A DNA stretch of 64,000 nt from an uncultured Candidatus Rokubacteria bacterium (GCA_963762145.1 CAVXJS010000011.1:96001-160000), one strand, 5' to 3'; positions 32,313 through 42,993 are shown, counted from the stretch's first letter. Notes: generated by a model not told the origin, from the sequence alone. Numbers and translations: made by a program.

Positions 32313-32702
32313 ATGGCTGCGAAACTGTACGTGGGTGGTCTGTCCTATTCCACGACCAGTGAGACCCTTCGCGAGTATTTCGCCCAGTGCGGGACGGTGG
32401 AGTCGGCGTCCGTGATCACGGACAAGTTCTCCGGCCAGTCCCGGGGCTTTGGCTTTGTCGAGATGGCGACGTCCGAGGAGGCACAGCGGGCCATCTCCGA
32501 GCTGAACGGCAAGGACCTCGACGGCCGCAAGATCACGGTGAACGTGTCGAACCCCCGTACGCCGGGCTCGGGCGGCGGCGGGCGCGGACCGGGTGGACCT
32601 CGCGGTGGCGGTCGGCCGGGTGGTGGTGGCGGGCGGGGGGGCGGCGGCGGCGACCGCGGCGCCTACGGGGTGCCCCCTTCGAAGAAGCCCTTCCGCTGGT
32701 AG
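32313..32702 (+). CDS. RRM RNA-binding protein with Gly/Arg-rich tail
   Basis: RNP2 LYVGGL, RNP1 RGFGFVEM; SD AAGGAG. Confidence 0.95.
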   Translation: MAAKLYVGGLSYSTTSETLREYFAQCGTVESASVITDKFSGQSRGFGFVEMATSEEAQRAISELNGKDLDGRKITVNVSNPRTPGSGGGGRGPGGPRGGGRPGGGGGRGGGGGDRGAYGVPPSKKPFRW

Positions 32703-32728
32703 CCCGCCAGCACCTGAGCGGACACATC

Positions 32729-32758
32729 AAGGGCGCGGTGAGTGATCACCGCGCCCTT
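32729..32758. terminator. Probable bidirectional intrinsic terminator
   Basis: Perfect 13-bp stem AAGGGCGCGGTGA-GTGA-TCACCGCGCCCTT between convergent genes. Confidence 0.75.
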
Positions 32759-32781
32759 TGTCTGTCCAGACCGCGCGGCGC

Positions 32782-34623
32782 CTAGAGGATCTTCTCGTAG
32801 CGCCCGTGCTCGTGGGCGGCGTCCATGAACCACTTGACGATCTCGGGACTCGAGCGCGGCGGGATCTCGCAGGACGTCGACAGGATGAAGCCCGAGTGCT
32901 TGGCCGCGGTATCGATGCACCGGCGCACCTCGGCGTCCATCTGGGCCTGGGTGGCCTTCTCGAACATGGTCGCGTCCACGTTGCCGATGGCCACCGCGCG
33001 CCCCTTGGCAACCTGCATGAACCGCTCGAGCTGGTCCACGTGCAGCGCCGGGTCCGACTGCTGGTCCAGGTCGAACGAGATCGTGGTGAAGCCGCAGCCG
33101 ATCAGGTCCTCGAAGATCGGGTAGGTGACCCCGCAGATGTGGGTGGTGACGCCCACCTTCTTGGCCTTGAAGTGATCCACCAGCTCCTTGTGATAGGGCG
33201 CGATGAACTCTCGGTAGTTGTCCGGGGAGACGAGGCTGATGGAGGCGGTCGGCTCGGAGAAGGAGAGCCCGATCTTGGTCTTCACGATCGCGTCACCCCA
33301 GAGCTTGCAGAAGTCGGTGGTCAGCCGCATCACGTCGTGGATGAACTGGGGGTCCTCGAAGGTGTCGAGCAGCATCATCTCCGGGTTGCGGAGCAGCATC
33401 GCGATCGTCCACGGCCCCACCGCGACCGCCCCGGTGGCCGCGGGCGGCGCCGCCTTCACGAGCGCCTCGCACTGCTCGAGGAAGCCGGGGAGCCGCGCGG
33501 TCTTGTACGGATCGGGCATCCGGAGCTTGGCCAGGTCCGCCTTGTCCTCGAGCAGGTGGGTCTCGATCGAGGGCACCACGTAGTCGGAGTACTTGACGCC
33601 GCAGCCGAAGGCCTCCGCCTCCTTGGAGAGATCGTTGTACGCGAGCACTACGTCCGGCTGGTAGCGCTCGTAGTAATTCATCATCGCGCTGATGGCCTTC
33701 GTGGGGTTGGTGCAGTATTCCTCGATGCTGAGCCCGTCGAGCGTGCCCGCGAACGAGGCCACGATCGGGTACACCGGCACCCGGTCCGAGAAGGAGCGCT
33801 TGTAGGCCGCCACCACCCGATCGCGGTTGGTCAGGCTGGTCCTGCCGGCCTCGGCGTCCCACAGCTTGTTCACTTCCATGTAGCGCGGGGGCAGCTTGGC
33901 CTCGTACTCCATGAACTGGGTGATCGGATAGCGGATGCCCCCGTTGTGGGTGCCCCGCAGGCCCTCCACGATCTCCTCCATTCGCGCCCACGGAATCGAG
34001 AACGCCATCTCGTGATCCTGGGTCTGGCCGAAGATGCGGTCGCCCGAGCAGGGGAGGATCACCTGCGGCTCGCCGGTCTGCATGGTCGTGACCACGATGT
34101 CGGCGCAGACCGCGCGGCCCTCGAAGGAGGATGTGAGCCGGCCGCCTCGCTTCCAGAGCGCGGCCTGGGTCAGGCGCATCACCTGGGCGGGGTTGGCGTA
34201 GACGCAGACGACGTGCGGCTCGAAGGTGGCGCGGTCGAGCGGGGCGACCAGCAGGCAGTGATACTCGCCGGGCGCGAACTTGTCGATGGCGGCCTCGGAG
34301 CGCTGGCCCGCGGCCTTGGTCTCGGTGTACATGCCCTCGCACAGCGAGCCCACGTTGTAGATGGGCAGCGGCTTGTCGAAGCCGATCGCGGTGATGCCGA
34401 GCGAGCAGATGTGGTCCTCGCGGGTGAGCGCGATGGTCCAGCCGTAGCGCCGGGACATGTCGATGACCTGGCAGCTCATGGAGAGCTTCTTGAAGTCGCG
34501 GGCGGGCCGGCGCGCGCGCTCCGGGATCGGCTCGCCCGCCTTGAGCATGCGGATCGCCACCGGGAACGTCTGCGGACGCAGGTACGTCTGCAGCTCCTGG
34601 TCCGCCGTCTTCACGTCGATCAT
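32782..34623 (-). CDS. DUF169 domain fused to a URO-D/MtaA-CmuA-type corrinoid methyltransferase domain
   Basis: N-terminal PVAI, SCQ, HICSLG, ANPAQVMRL, LPCSGDRIF (DUF169-like). C-terminal EAEAFGC, GPWTIA, EPTAS..SP, HICG, GNVD, STSCEIP. SD AAGGAG before ATG 34623. Confidence 0.82.
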   Translation of the reverse strand: MIDVKTADQELQTYLRPQTFPVAIRMLKAGEPIPERARRPARDFKKLSMSCQVIDMSRRYGWTIALTREDHICSLGITAIGFDKPLPIYNVGSLCEGMYTETKAAGQRSEAAIDKFAPGEYHCLLVAPLDRATFEPHVVCVYANPAQVMRLTQAALWKRGGRLTSSFEGRAVCADIVVTTMQTGEPQVILPCSGDRIFGQTQDHEMAFSIPWARMEEIVEGLRGTHNGGIRYPITQFMEYEAKLPPRYMEVNKLWDAEAGRTSLTNRDRVVAAYKRSFSDRVPVYPIVASFAGTLDGLSIEEYCTNPTKAISAMMNYYERYQPDVVLAYNDLSKEAEAFGCGVKYSDYVVPSIETHLLEDKADLAKLRMPDPYKTARLPGFLEQCEALVKAAPPAATGAVAVGPWTIAMLLRNPEMMLLDTFEDPQFIHDVMRLTTDFCKLWGDAIVKTKIGLSFSEPTASISLVSPDNYREFIAPYHKELVDHFKAKKVGVTTHICGVTYPIFEDLIGCGFTTISFDLDQQSDPALHVDQLERFMQVAKGRAVAIGNVDATMFEKATQAQMDAEVRRCIDTAAKHSGFILSTSCEIPPRSSPEIVKWFMDAAHEHGRYEKIL

Positions 34624-34707
34624 GGGTGTCTCCTTGTCACGGAGGCTACGGGGGGCCCTCCGGGTTGTCAAGGGAAGGGCGCCCGCTTCCGCTACAATAT
34701 CGCCGCG

Positions 34708-34998
34708 ATGGCGCGATACCGCATCATCCAGTGGCGCGATCTCCCCTCGCTGGTGGAGGCGATGGACGGTGACCACACCGCCCGCGTCCCGCTCTCCCAG
34801 CGCTTCCAGGACCTGATCGACGCCCTGGCCATGCGCGAGGGCGCCACCGAGAGCGAGGCCTACCTGGAAGGCTGGGCCCCGGGCCCCGAGATGGAGCGCC
34901 CGGGCGACGCGGAGACGGTCGCTCGTGAGGTCGCCGCCGACCTGGAGGACGGTTTCCAGGACCTGGTCACGCGCCGCTTTCTCGGCCCGCCTCGTTAG
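34708..34998 (+). CDS. PF13769 ('Virulence_fact')-like small protein
   Basis: WRDLPS.V, LSQRFQDLID.LAM, AYLEGW. Confidence 0.75.
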   Translation: MARYRIIQWRDLPSLVEAMDGDHTARVPLSQRFQDLIDALAMREGATESEAYLEGWAPGPEMERPGDAETVAREVAADLEDGFQDLVTRRFLGPPR

Positions 34999-35013
34999 GT
35001 TCGTGCGCTTCGA

Positions 35014-35081
35014 GCGCCGGCTTCGCCGGCGCAATCCCGTTGTGGGGGAGGTTCGGAGGGGGCCGTCTAGGCCCCCTCCGA
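35014..35081. repeat. Double-hairpin intergenic element (REP-like or terminator)
   Basis: GCGCCGGC-TTC-GCCGGCGC (35014-35032) and TCGGAGGGGGCC-GTCTA-GGCCCCCTCCGA (35053-35081). Confidence 0.55.
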
Positions 35082-35103
35082 TGCGCTATACTTCCGCCAG
35101 CCA

Positions 35104-35307
35104 ATGAAGGTCGCGGAGCTGCTGGTCGCCTGCTTCCTGCTGTTCGGGGCGTGCCTCGTGTGGCCCCTGCTCGCCATCGCCAACCACCCCGTCCTGATCC
35201 TGGGGGTGCCGGCCCTGGTGCTCTACCTCTTCGCGGTCTGGGCCGCCATGGTCGGGGTCCTGATCACGCTGGCCCGGCGCCCCCGGGCGCCCGAGGACGA
35301 GTCGTGA
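35104..35307 (+). CDS. Small 2-TM membrane protein, probable partner of the SSS histidine kinase
   Basis: Two hydrophobic helices joined by ILGVP; GTGA overlap with the downstream kinase. Confidence 0.75.
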   Translation: MKVAELLVACFLLFGACLVWPLLAIANHPVLILGVPALVLYLFAVWAAMVGVLITLARRPRAPEDES

Positions 35308-38300
35308 GCGGCCTGTCGCCCACCGCGCTCCTCTCGATCGTCCTCGGCTACCTGGCCTTCCTGTTCCTGGTCGCGTCGGTGGCGGAGGCCTTCGCGCCCC
35401 GCCTTGCCCGGGGCCGGGCCGCCACGCTGATCTACGTGCTCGCCGCGTCGGTCTACTGCACCGCGTGGACCTTCTACGGCAGCGTGGGCCTGGCCGCCAA
35501 CCGGGGCCTCGAGTTCCTGACGATCTACCTGGGGCCCGCCTGCGTGGCGCTCCTGTGGCCGGTGCTGCTGCGCAAGCTCGTGCGGGTCTCCAAGGAGCAG
35601 CGCATCACCTCGGTCTCCGACTTCATCTCGAGTCGCTACGGCAAGTCGGCGTCCCTGGGCACACTCGTGGCGGTCCTCGTGGTGTGCGGGATGATTCCCT
35701 ACATCGCGCTGCAGCTGAAGGCGGTGTCGGCGTCGTTCCGGATGATCCTCCGGGACGAGGCGGTGCTCGAGGTCTTCGACCCGACCCTGGTGGTGGCGGT
35801 GACCCTCGCCCTCTTCGGCATCCTGTTCGGGGCGCGCAACCTCGACTTCACCAAGCGGCAGACCGGCCTCATGACCGCGGTGGCGGTGGAGTCGGTGGTG
35901 AAGCTGCTCGCGTTCCTCCTGGTCGGGGTCTACGTGACGTGGGGGCTCTTCGGGGGGTTCGCCGATCTCTTCGGCCAGGTGGCGCGGAATCCGGAGCTGT
36001 CGCGTCTCCTCACGCTCGACCAGGCGGGCACCGCGTCCTATGCGCGCTGGACCGCGATGCTGGTGATCTCGATGCTGGCCGTGATGTTCCTGCCGCGGCA
36101 GTTCCACGTGCTGGTCGTGCAGAACCAGCGCGAGCGCGACGTCAACGCGGTCTCCTGGTCCTTCCCGCTCTACCTGTTCCTGATCAACATCTTCGTGCTG
36201 CCGATCGCCTTCGCCGGCCTCCTCGTCTTCCCGGAGGCGGGCGCGCAGGCCGACGGCTTCATCCTCCGGCTGCCGCTGTCCTTCGACAGCCAGCTCATCT
36301 CGGTGATCGTGTTCCTGGGCGGCTTCTCGGCGGCCACCGCGATGATCGTGGTGGACTCCCTCGCCCTGTCCAAGATGATCACCAACGACATCATCCTGCC
36401 GATGCTGCTGCGCCGCCGCCGCATGGAGGACATCTACTGGATCACCCTCTTCTACACGCGGCTCGCCATGCTGGCGGTGGTGGCGCTGGGCTTCGCGTGG
36501 GCGCGGATGGAGCACGGCCAGCTGCTGCTGGTGGAGATGGGGCTGCTCTCCTTCATCGCGGTGGCCCAGTGCGCGCCCGCCATCCTCCTCGGGCTCTACT
36601 GGCGGCGCGGCAACCGCCGGGGCGCCTACGCGGGGATCTCGGGCGGCTTCTTCGTGTGGTTCTACACGCTCATCCTCCCGGCCCTGGGCAAGGAGGAGAT
36701 CCTCGGTCAGTCGTTCCTGTCGAACGGGCCGCTGGGGCTGTGGCTGCTGCGGCCCACCGCGTTCCTGGGGCTCGAGGGACTCGATACCATCAGCCACGGC
36801 GTCTTCTGGTCCTTCTTCTTCAACGTGGGGCTCTTCGTGGTGGTGTCGCTGCTCACCGAGCAGGACGCGGACGACCGGGCCCAGGCCGCCGCCTTCGTGG
36901 GGGTCGCGATGGAGGACAAGCCCGCTCCGGGGGCGCCCGCGATCCTATCCGCGCCCGAGATCGAGCGGCTCGTGCATCACTACGTGGGCGACGAGGACGC
37001 GGAGGCCATCGTGCGCGAGCTGTTCGGGGCCAAGGCGCCCGCTGATCTTTCGGTGCCCGAGCTGCTCGAGATGCGCATCCGCTTCGAGCGGCTTCTCGCC
37101 GCCTCGCTGGGCGCGGCGGCCGCGCGCATCATCGTGGAGGACCACTTCACGATCTCCAAGGAAGAGGCCCAGCAGCTCGTCACGTCCTTCCAGCACATGC
37201 AGCAGTCGCTGCGGGTCACCGAGGAGGAGGTCAAGCGCGGGGAGCGGCTACTGGCCTCGGTGGTCGAGAGCGTGGACGACTGCATCTTCACCGCCGACAC
37301 CACCGGGCGGCTCGTCACCATGAACCCGGCCGGCCGCCGGCTGCTCGGCTACGAGCTCTTCGAAGTGAGTCGCCTCCGCTACCCGGATCTGCTCGCCTCG
37401 GACGTGCGAGGCGGCGCCGGCGGCATCGTGGCCGCGCTCGAGGTCGGCCGTGGCTGGAGCGGGCAGGTGACGGGCCGCCGCGGCCGGGGTGACGTCTTCC
37501 CGGCTCACCTGGCCCTGACCGCCCTCTTCGACGACCGCGGCCAGCGCATGGGCACGGTGGGCGTGCTCCACGACCTCACCGAGCAGGTGGAGACGCAGCG
37601 GCGGCTCATCCACCGCGAGAAGCTCGCCTCGCTCGGCGAGATGGCGGCGGGGGTCGCCCACGAGATCCGCAATCCGTTGGGCGGGATCAAGATGGCCACC
37701 AACCTGCTGTCCTCCCCGGAGGTGGACGGCAGCCCCCTGTCGCAGGAGATGGCCCGATCCATCCTGTCCGGCATCGGCGAGATCGAGGGCATCATCAACA
37801 ACCTCCTCGACTGGACGCGGGACGCGCGGCTCGAGCGGAACGAATACGAGCTGGCGAGGATCCTCGACCCGGTGGTGGAGGCGGTGGCGGGCGAGGGGCG
37901 GGCCCGGGGCGTCCAGGTCGGCTTCGGACGGCTCGAGCGCGAGGTGGTCGCGGCGGTGGACGGGCAGAAGCTCCGTCAGGTGTTCACCAACGTCCTGAAG
38001 AACGCGGTGGAGTCGATCGACCCGCACCGCGGCGCCGGACGCGTCAGCGTGGAGCTCTTCGCGGAGGGTGACCGGGCGGTGGTCGAGGTCGTGGACGACG
38101 GCGTCGGGATCGCTCCGGAGGACCGCGACAAGATCTTCCTGCCCTTCTTCACCACCAAGCCCTCCGGCACGGGCCTCGGCATGTCCATCGTCAAGAAGAT
38201 CGTGGACCTCCACGCGGGGGACATCGCGATCGAGAGCGCGCCGGGCCGCGGCACGCGGGTTCGCATCTCATTCCCGGCGGTGGGCGCGGCCCAGCCGGTG

Positions 38301-38318
38301 GCTGGAGGCAATCCATGA
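35304..38318 (+). CDS. Sodium:solute symporter-STAC-PAS histidine kinase (CrbS/CbrA family)
   Basis: VYCTAWTFYGSVG, SDFISSRYGKS, PYIALQLKA, LPRQFH, FSAATAM; ERLLAASLGAAAAR (STAC-like); PAS; AHEIRNP; FFTTKPSGTGLG. Confidence 0.93.
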   Translation: MSGLSPTALLSIVLGYLAFLFLVASVAEAFAPRLARGRAATLIYVLAASVYCTAWTFYGSVGLAANRGLEFLTIYLGPACVALLWPVLLRKLVRVSKEQRITSVSDFISSRYGKSASLGTLVAVLVVCGMIPYIALQLKAVSASFRMILRDEAVLEVFDPTLVVAVTLALFGILFGARNLDFTKRQTGLMTAVAVESVVKLLAFLLVGVYVTWGLFGGFADLFGQVARNPELSRLLTLDQAGTASYARWTAMLVISMLAVMFLPRQFHVLVVQNQRERDVNAVSWSFPLYLFLINIFVLPIAFAGLLVFPEAGAQADGFILRLPLSFDSQLISVIVFLGGFSAATAMIVVDSLALSKMITNDIILPMLLRRRRMEDIYWITLFYTRLAMLAVVALGFAWARMEHGQLLLVEMGLLSFIAVAQCAPAILLGLYWRRGNRRGAYAGISGGFFVWFYTLILPALGKEEILGQSFLSNGPLGLWLLRPTAFLGLEGLDTISHGVFWSFFFNVGLFVVVSLLTEQDADDRAQAAAFVGVAMEDKPAPGAPAILSAPEIERLVHHYVGDEDAEAIVRELFGAKAPADLSVPELLEMRIRFERLLAASLGAAAARIIVEDHFTISKEEAQQLVTSFQHMQQSLRVTEEEVKRGERLLASVVESVDDCIFTADTTGRLVTMNPAGRRLLGYELFEVSRLRYPDLLASDVRGGAGGIVAALEVGRGWSGQVTGRRGRGDVFPAHLALTALFDDRGQRMGTVGVLHDLTEQVETQRRLIHREKLASLGEMAAGVAHEIRNPLGGIKMATNLLSSPEVDGSPLSQEMARSILSGIGEIEGIINNLLDWTRDARLERNEYELARILDPVVEAVAGEGRARGVQVGFGRLEREVVAAVDGQKLRQVFTNVLKNAVESIDPHRGAGRVSVELFAEGDRAVVEVVDDGVGIAPEDRDKIFLPFFTTKPSGTGLGMSIVKKIVDLHAGDIAIESAPGRGTRVRISFPAVGAAQPVAGGNP

Positions 38319-39700
38319 AGCGACGGCTCCTGCTGGTCGAGGACGACGAGGTCTTTCTCCGCCCGCTGCACCGCACGCTCGAGCTGAAAGGCTACGAGGT
38401 GGTGCCGGTCCACAGCGCGGAGGAGGCACTCGACTCCCTCAAGACCGAGGACGTGGACGTGGTGCTCACCGACCGCCGGCTGCCCGGGATGGACGGCGTC
38501 GAGCTGGTGCGGCAGATCAAGGTGGAGCATCCGGACCTCGCGGTGGTGGTCATGACCGCCTACGGCACCATCGAGTCGGCGGTCGAGGCGATGCGACTCG
38601 GGGCCGAGGACTACCTGGTGAAGCCCTTCGAGGCGGCCGAGCTGCTGCTGGTGATCCGGCGGGCCATCGAGTTCCAGGAGCTGAAGTCGGCGAACCGCCG
38701 GACGATCCGGCGCAATCAGGAGCGCTTCACGTTCGGCAACATCGTGGCGGCCAGCGCGGGCATGCAGGCGGTATTCGACCTGCTGCGCTCGGTGGTGGAT
38801 CTGGACACCACCGTGCTCATCCATGGGGAGACCGGCGTCGGCAAGGAGCTGCTCGCGCGCTCCATCCACTTCTCGGGGGCCCGGCGCGACCGGCCCTTCG
38901 TGGCGGTCAACTGCGCGGCCATTCCCGCCGAGCTGTTCGAGTCCGAGCTGTTCGGCTCCCGGCGAGGCGCCTTCACCGGCGCCACCGAGCACCGGCGCGG
39001 CCACTTCCAGATGGCCCACGGGGGAACCCTGCTCCTCGACGAGATCGGGGAGATGCCGTTGCATCTGCAGAGCAAGCTGCTGCGCGCGCTCGAGGAGAAG
39101 AAGGTGACCTCGGTGGGGGCGGACCGCTCGGTGGAGGTGGACGTGCGCTTCATCGCCACCACCAACAAGGACCTGCAGGTGGAGGTGGAGCACGGGGCCT
39201 TCCGCCGCGACCTGTTCTACCGGCTCTCGGTGATGCCGGTGCGGGTGCCCCCGCTGCGCGAGCGCCCGGAAGACATCCCGCTGCTCGCCCGGCACTTCGT
39301 GGAGCAGGCGAGCCGCCGCATCAAGAAGGCGGTCCGCGACATCGCGCCCGAGAGCCTCGGAGCCCTGATGCGATACCCGTGGCCCGGCAACGTGCGCGAG
39401 CTGGAAAACGTGATCGAGCGGGCGGTCATCGTATCCACCGCCCACGTTCTCGCGGACCTCGAGCGCTTTCTCGCGCCGACCGGCGCTCACGCGCCAGTGG
39501 ATCTGTCGCTGCCCTTCCGGGACGCCAAGGCCCGGGTGGTGGAGGACTTCGAGCGCGCCTACATCGAGGGCCTGCTCAAGAGCCACGGGGGCAAGCTCAC
39601 CGCGGCGGCCAAGCACGCGGACATGGATCCCAAGAATTTCTCCGACAAGATCCAGCGCTACGGCCTGCGCCGCTCCGCGCCGGAGCCGCCTCCCGCCTAG
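38315..39700 (+). CDS. Sigma-54-dependent response regulator (CbrB/NtrC-like)
   Basis: Receiver domain, GETGVGKE, GAFTGA, WPGNVREL. ATGA overlap with the kinase. Confidence 0.95.
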   Translation: MKRRLLLVEDDEVFLRPLHRTLELKGYEVVPVHSAEEALDSLKTEDVDVVLTDRRLPGMDGVELVRQIKVEHPDLAVVVMTAYGTIESAVEAMRLGAEDYLVKPFEAAELLLVIRRAIEFQELKSANRRTIRRNQERFTFGNIVAASAGMQAVFDLLRSVVDLDTTVLIHGETGVGKELLARSIHFSGARRDRPFVAVNCAAIPAELFESELFGSRRGAFTGATEHRRGHFQMAHGGTLLLDEIGEMPLHLQSKLLRALEEKKVTSVGADRSVEVDVRFIATTNKDLQVEVEHGAFRRDLFYRLSVMPVRVPPLRERPEDIPLLARHFVEQASRRIKKAVRDIAPESLGALMRYPWPGNVRELENVIERAVIVSTAHVLADLERFLAPTGAHAPVDLSLPFRDAKARVVEDFERAYIEGLLKSHGGKLTAAAKHADMDPKNFSDKIQRYGLRRSAPEPPPA

Positions 39701-40931
39701 AAGAAGAGGATGGTCACGATCGCGAAGAGCGGCAGCAGCACCGCGCCGCTGTAGGCCATGTACCCGAAGAAGCTCGGCATGCGCACGCCCGCCGCATCCG
39801 CGATGGCCTTCACCATGAAGTTGGGGGCGTTGCCGATATAGGTGTTGGCTCCCATCGCCACCGCGCCCACGCTGATCGCGGTCAGGATCACGTGCGGCAC
39901 TCCGACCACCTCCGCGGGCAATCCGAGGCTCTGGGCCAGCGCGAGGAACGTGAGGTAGGTCGGCGCGTTGTCGAGGAACGACGAGAGCACGCCGGTGGCC
40001 CAGAAGAACTGCCAGGGCTCCCGCACGCCGAGCTCCCCCCGCGCACGTGGAGCAGCTCGAGGGCGGGGATCATGGTGAGGAAGATCCCGAGGAAGAGCAC
40101 CGCCACCTCCACCATCGGACCCGCGGTGAAGTGGTTCGCCCGGCGAATCGCGCTCGGCGTCCGCCAGAGCGAAACGCCGGCCAGGACCAGGATGGCGAGC
40201 TCGCGCACCGGCGCGTGGAGGAAGGCCACCGCAGCCACCACACCCGCGAGCCAGACCCCGTTGAGCGTGCCGCGGATCCGGAGCGGCTCGATCTGGACGT
40301 GGTCGCGCCGGCGTGCCGCTTTCGTCTCGCGCGAAAGCTCGCGCGAGTCCCAGACGTAGTACAGCAGCAGCAGCGCCGCGGTCATGGTGAGCCAGGGCCC
40401 CCACAGCCGCAGGGTCCAGGCGAACGGGACTCCTTGCAGGTACCCGAGGAAGAGCGGTGGGTCGCCCAGCGGGGTGAGCATCCCGCCGATGTTGGAGACG
40501 AGGAAGATGAAGAACACCACGGTGTGCGTCACCCGCGCCCGCTCCCGGTTCGTCTGCAGCAGTGGCCGGATCAGGAGCATCGAGGCGCCGGTGGTGCCCA
40601 CGAGGGAGGCGAGCAGGGTGCCGGTGGCGAGGAAGGCGGTGTTCACGAGCGGGGTCGCCTCCAGGTCGCCGGTGAGGCGGACGCCGCCCGCGACCACGTA
40701 GAGCCCGCCGAGCAGGATGATGAACGAGACGTAGTCGGCCGCCATGTGGACGAGCGCGCCTGGTTGCCGGGCCAGGTAGAGGACCAGCACCGGCGCTCCC
40801 AGGACCACCGCCACCACCAGCTTGCTCCGGTTGGACTCCCACCAGTGCGGCAGCCACAGGGGGAAGAGGGCGATGGTGAGCAGCATCGCGACGAAGGGCA
40901 GCACGGTGTAGAGCGGCAGCGCGGTCGGCAC
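39697..40931 (-). pseudogene. Ion-transporter superfamily Na+/H+ antiporter (CitMHS_2/NhaD-like), frameshifted
   Basis: N-terminal part SNIGGMLTPLGDPPLFLG in one frame; C-terminal part SSFLDNAPTY and TYIGNAPN in another. The frames switch at a G6 tract (40035-40040). Confidence 0.85.
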
Positions 40932-41027
40932 TCGGTGATGTTACTCCCTTGAAGTTGCCGGGCGGATGGTTTAGAAGGGGAGCGGCGCGGCGACGCGCCG
41001 ATCCTCACCCGAGAACGAGGTCCCCCA

Positions 41028-42977
41028 ATGGCCAGCGAGACCAAAGGCAGCAGCGCCGTCGAAGCTCTCCTGAAAGAGAAGCGGAGGTTTCCGCCGCCGA
41101 AGGAGTTCGTCAAGCACGCCAACGTCAAGAGCGCGTCGGTCTACAAGGAGGCGGCCAAGAATCCGGCCCGCTTCTGGGAGCGCTTCGCCAAGGAGCTCGA
41201 CTGGTTCAAGCCGTGGAAGACGGTCGTGCAGTGGAAGGCGCCCCACGCCAAGTGGTTCGTGGGCGGCAAGCTGAACGTGGCCTACAACTGCCTCGATCGC
41301 CACGTGGCCACCGCGCGCAAGACGAAGGCCGCCATCATCTGGGAGGGCGAGCCGGGCGACACGCGGGTGCTGACCTACTGGGACCTCTACCGCGAGGTCA
41401 ACCGCTTCGCGGCCGCGCTCAAGCGGCGCGGGGTCAAGAAGGGCGACCGGGTCACCATCTACATGCCGATGGTGCCGGAGCTGCCGATCGCGATGCTGGC
41501 CTGCGCCCGCATCGGGGCCCCGCACAGCGTGATCTTCGGCGGGTTCGCCCCCGAGGCGGTGCGCGACCGCATTCACGACGCGGAGTCCACCGTGCTCATC
41601 ACCGCCGACGGCGGCTTCCGGCGGGGCGGCACGGTGGCGCTCAAGAAGAACGTGGACGAGGCGCTCCGGGAGTGCCCCGACGTGAGCACCGTCATCGTGC
41701 TCAAGCGCACGCGGCAGGACATCGACATGCAGGCCGGGCGCGACGTCTGGTGGGACGACTTCGTCAAGGACGCGCCCGCCTACTGCGCGCCCGAGAAGAT
41801 GGACTCCGAGGACATGCTGTACCTGCTCTACACCTCGGGCTCCACCGGCAAGCCGAAGGGCATCGTGCACACCACCGGCGGCTATCTCACCGGGGTCTAC
41901 GCGACCACCAAGTGGATCTTCGACCTGCACGACACCGACGTGTACTGGTGCACCGCCGACATTGGCTGGGTCACCGGCCACTCCTACATCGTCTACGGGC
42001 CACTCGCGAACGGGACCACCACCGTGATGTACGAGGGCACGCCGGACTACCCGGACAAGGACCGGTTCTGGCGGATCGTCGAGAAGTACGGCGTCACCAT
42101 CTGCTACACCGCGCCCACCGCCATCCGCACCTTCATGCGCTGGGGCGAGGAGTATCCGAAGCGCTGCGATCTCTCGAGCCTCCGCCTGCTCGGATCGGTC
42201 GGGGAGCCGATCAACCCGGAGGCGTGGGTCTGGTACTGGAAGGTCATCGGGGGCGGCCGCTGCCCGGTGGTGGACACCTGGTGGCAGACCGAGACCGGCC
42301 ACATCCTGATCAGCCCGCTGCCCGGCATCACCACGCTCAAGCCCGGCTCGGCCACCCGCCCGTTCCCCGGCATCGAGGCCGACGTGGTCAACGACAAGGG
42401 GGAATCGGCCAAGGCCGGCTACCTCGTGCTCAAGAAGCCGTGGCCGGGCATGCTGCGCGGCATCTACCGCGACCCGCAGCGCTTCGTCGCCCAGTACTGG
42501 AGCAAGTATCCGGGCATCTACTTCACGGGCGACGGCGCCAAGATCGACGAGGACGGCTACTTCTGGCTGCTCGGCCGAGTGGACGACGTCATGAACATCT
42601 CGGGTCACCGCGTGTCCACCATGGAGGTGGAGTCGGCGCTGGTGGACCACCCGCACGTGGCGGAAGCCGCGGTGATCGGCCGGCCCCACGAGATCAAGGG
42701 GCAGGCCATCGCGGCCTTCGTGACCATCAAGGACGGCACCAAACCGTCCAAGGAGCTGATGGAGGAGATCAAGGGGCACGTGACCAAGAAGATCGGAGCG
42801 CTGGCGCGGCCCGACGACCTGATCTTCGCGGCCGACCTGCCCAAGACTCGCTCCGGCAAGATCATGCGCCGCCTGCTGCGCGACATCGCCGAGGGCAAGG
42901 CGCTGGGGGACACGACCACCCTGGCCGACCCTGCCGTCGTCGCCACCCTCAAGGAGAAGTACGGCGAGGAGGAGTAG
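41028..42977 (+). CDS. acs: Acetyl-CoA synthetase (AMP-forming)
   Basis: [36 protein letters not shown]. Confidence 0.98.
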   Translation: MASETKGSSAVEALLKEKRRFPPPKEFVKHANVKSASVYKEAAKNPARFWERFAKELDWFKPWKTVVQWKAPHAKWFVGGKLNVAYNCLDRHVATARKTKAAIIWEGEPGDTRVLTYWDLYREVNRFAAALKRRGVKKGDRVTIYMPMVPELPIAMLACARIGAPHSVIFGGFAPEAVRDRIHDAESTVLITADGGFRRGGTVALKKNVDEALRECPDVSTVIVLKRTRQDIDMQAGRDVWWDDFVKDAPAYCAPEKMDSEDMLYLLYTSGSTGKPKGIVHTTGGYLTGVYATTKWIFDLHDTDVYWCTADIGWVTGHSYIVYGPLANGTTTVMYEGTPDYPDKDRFWRIVEKYGVTICYTAPTAIRTFMRWGEEYPKRCDLSSLRLLGSVGEPINPEAWVWYWKVIGGGRCPVVDTWWQTETGHILISPLPGITTLKPGSATRPFPGIEADVVNDKGESAKAGYLVLKKPWPGMLRGIYRDPQRFVAQYWSKYPGIYFTGDGAKIDEDGYFWLLGRVDDVMNISGHRVSTMEVESALVDHPHVAEAAVIGRPHEIKGQAIAAFVTIKDGTKPSKELMEEIKGHVTKKIGALARPDDLIFAADLPKTRSGKIMRRLLRDIAEGKALGDTTTLADPAVVATLKEKYGEEE

Positions 42978-42993
42978 GGGCCGCGCGACGCCC

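Noticed and set aside
32560-32660. G-rich low-complexity tract (possible tandem repeat or G-quadruplex)
   Set aside because: Explained by the Gly/Arg-rich tail of the RRM protein.
32758-34998. 746-aa plus-strand ORF
   Set aside because: Only the last 96 aa (from 34708) look real; the rest is antisense to the DUF169-MtaA gene.
34708-34998. A virulence role implied by the PF13769 family name
   Set aside because: Nothing in the context supports pathogenicity; the neighbours are methyl-transfer genes.
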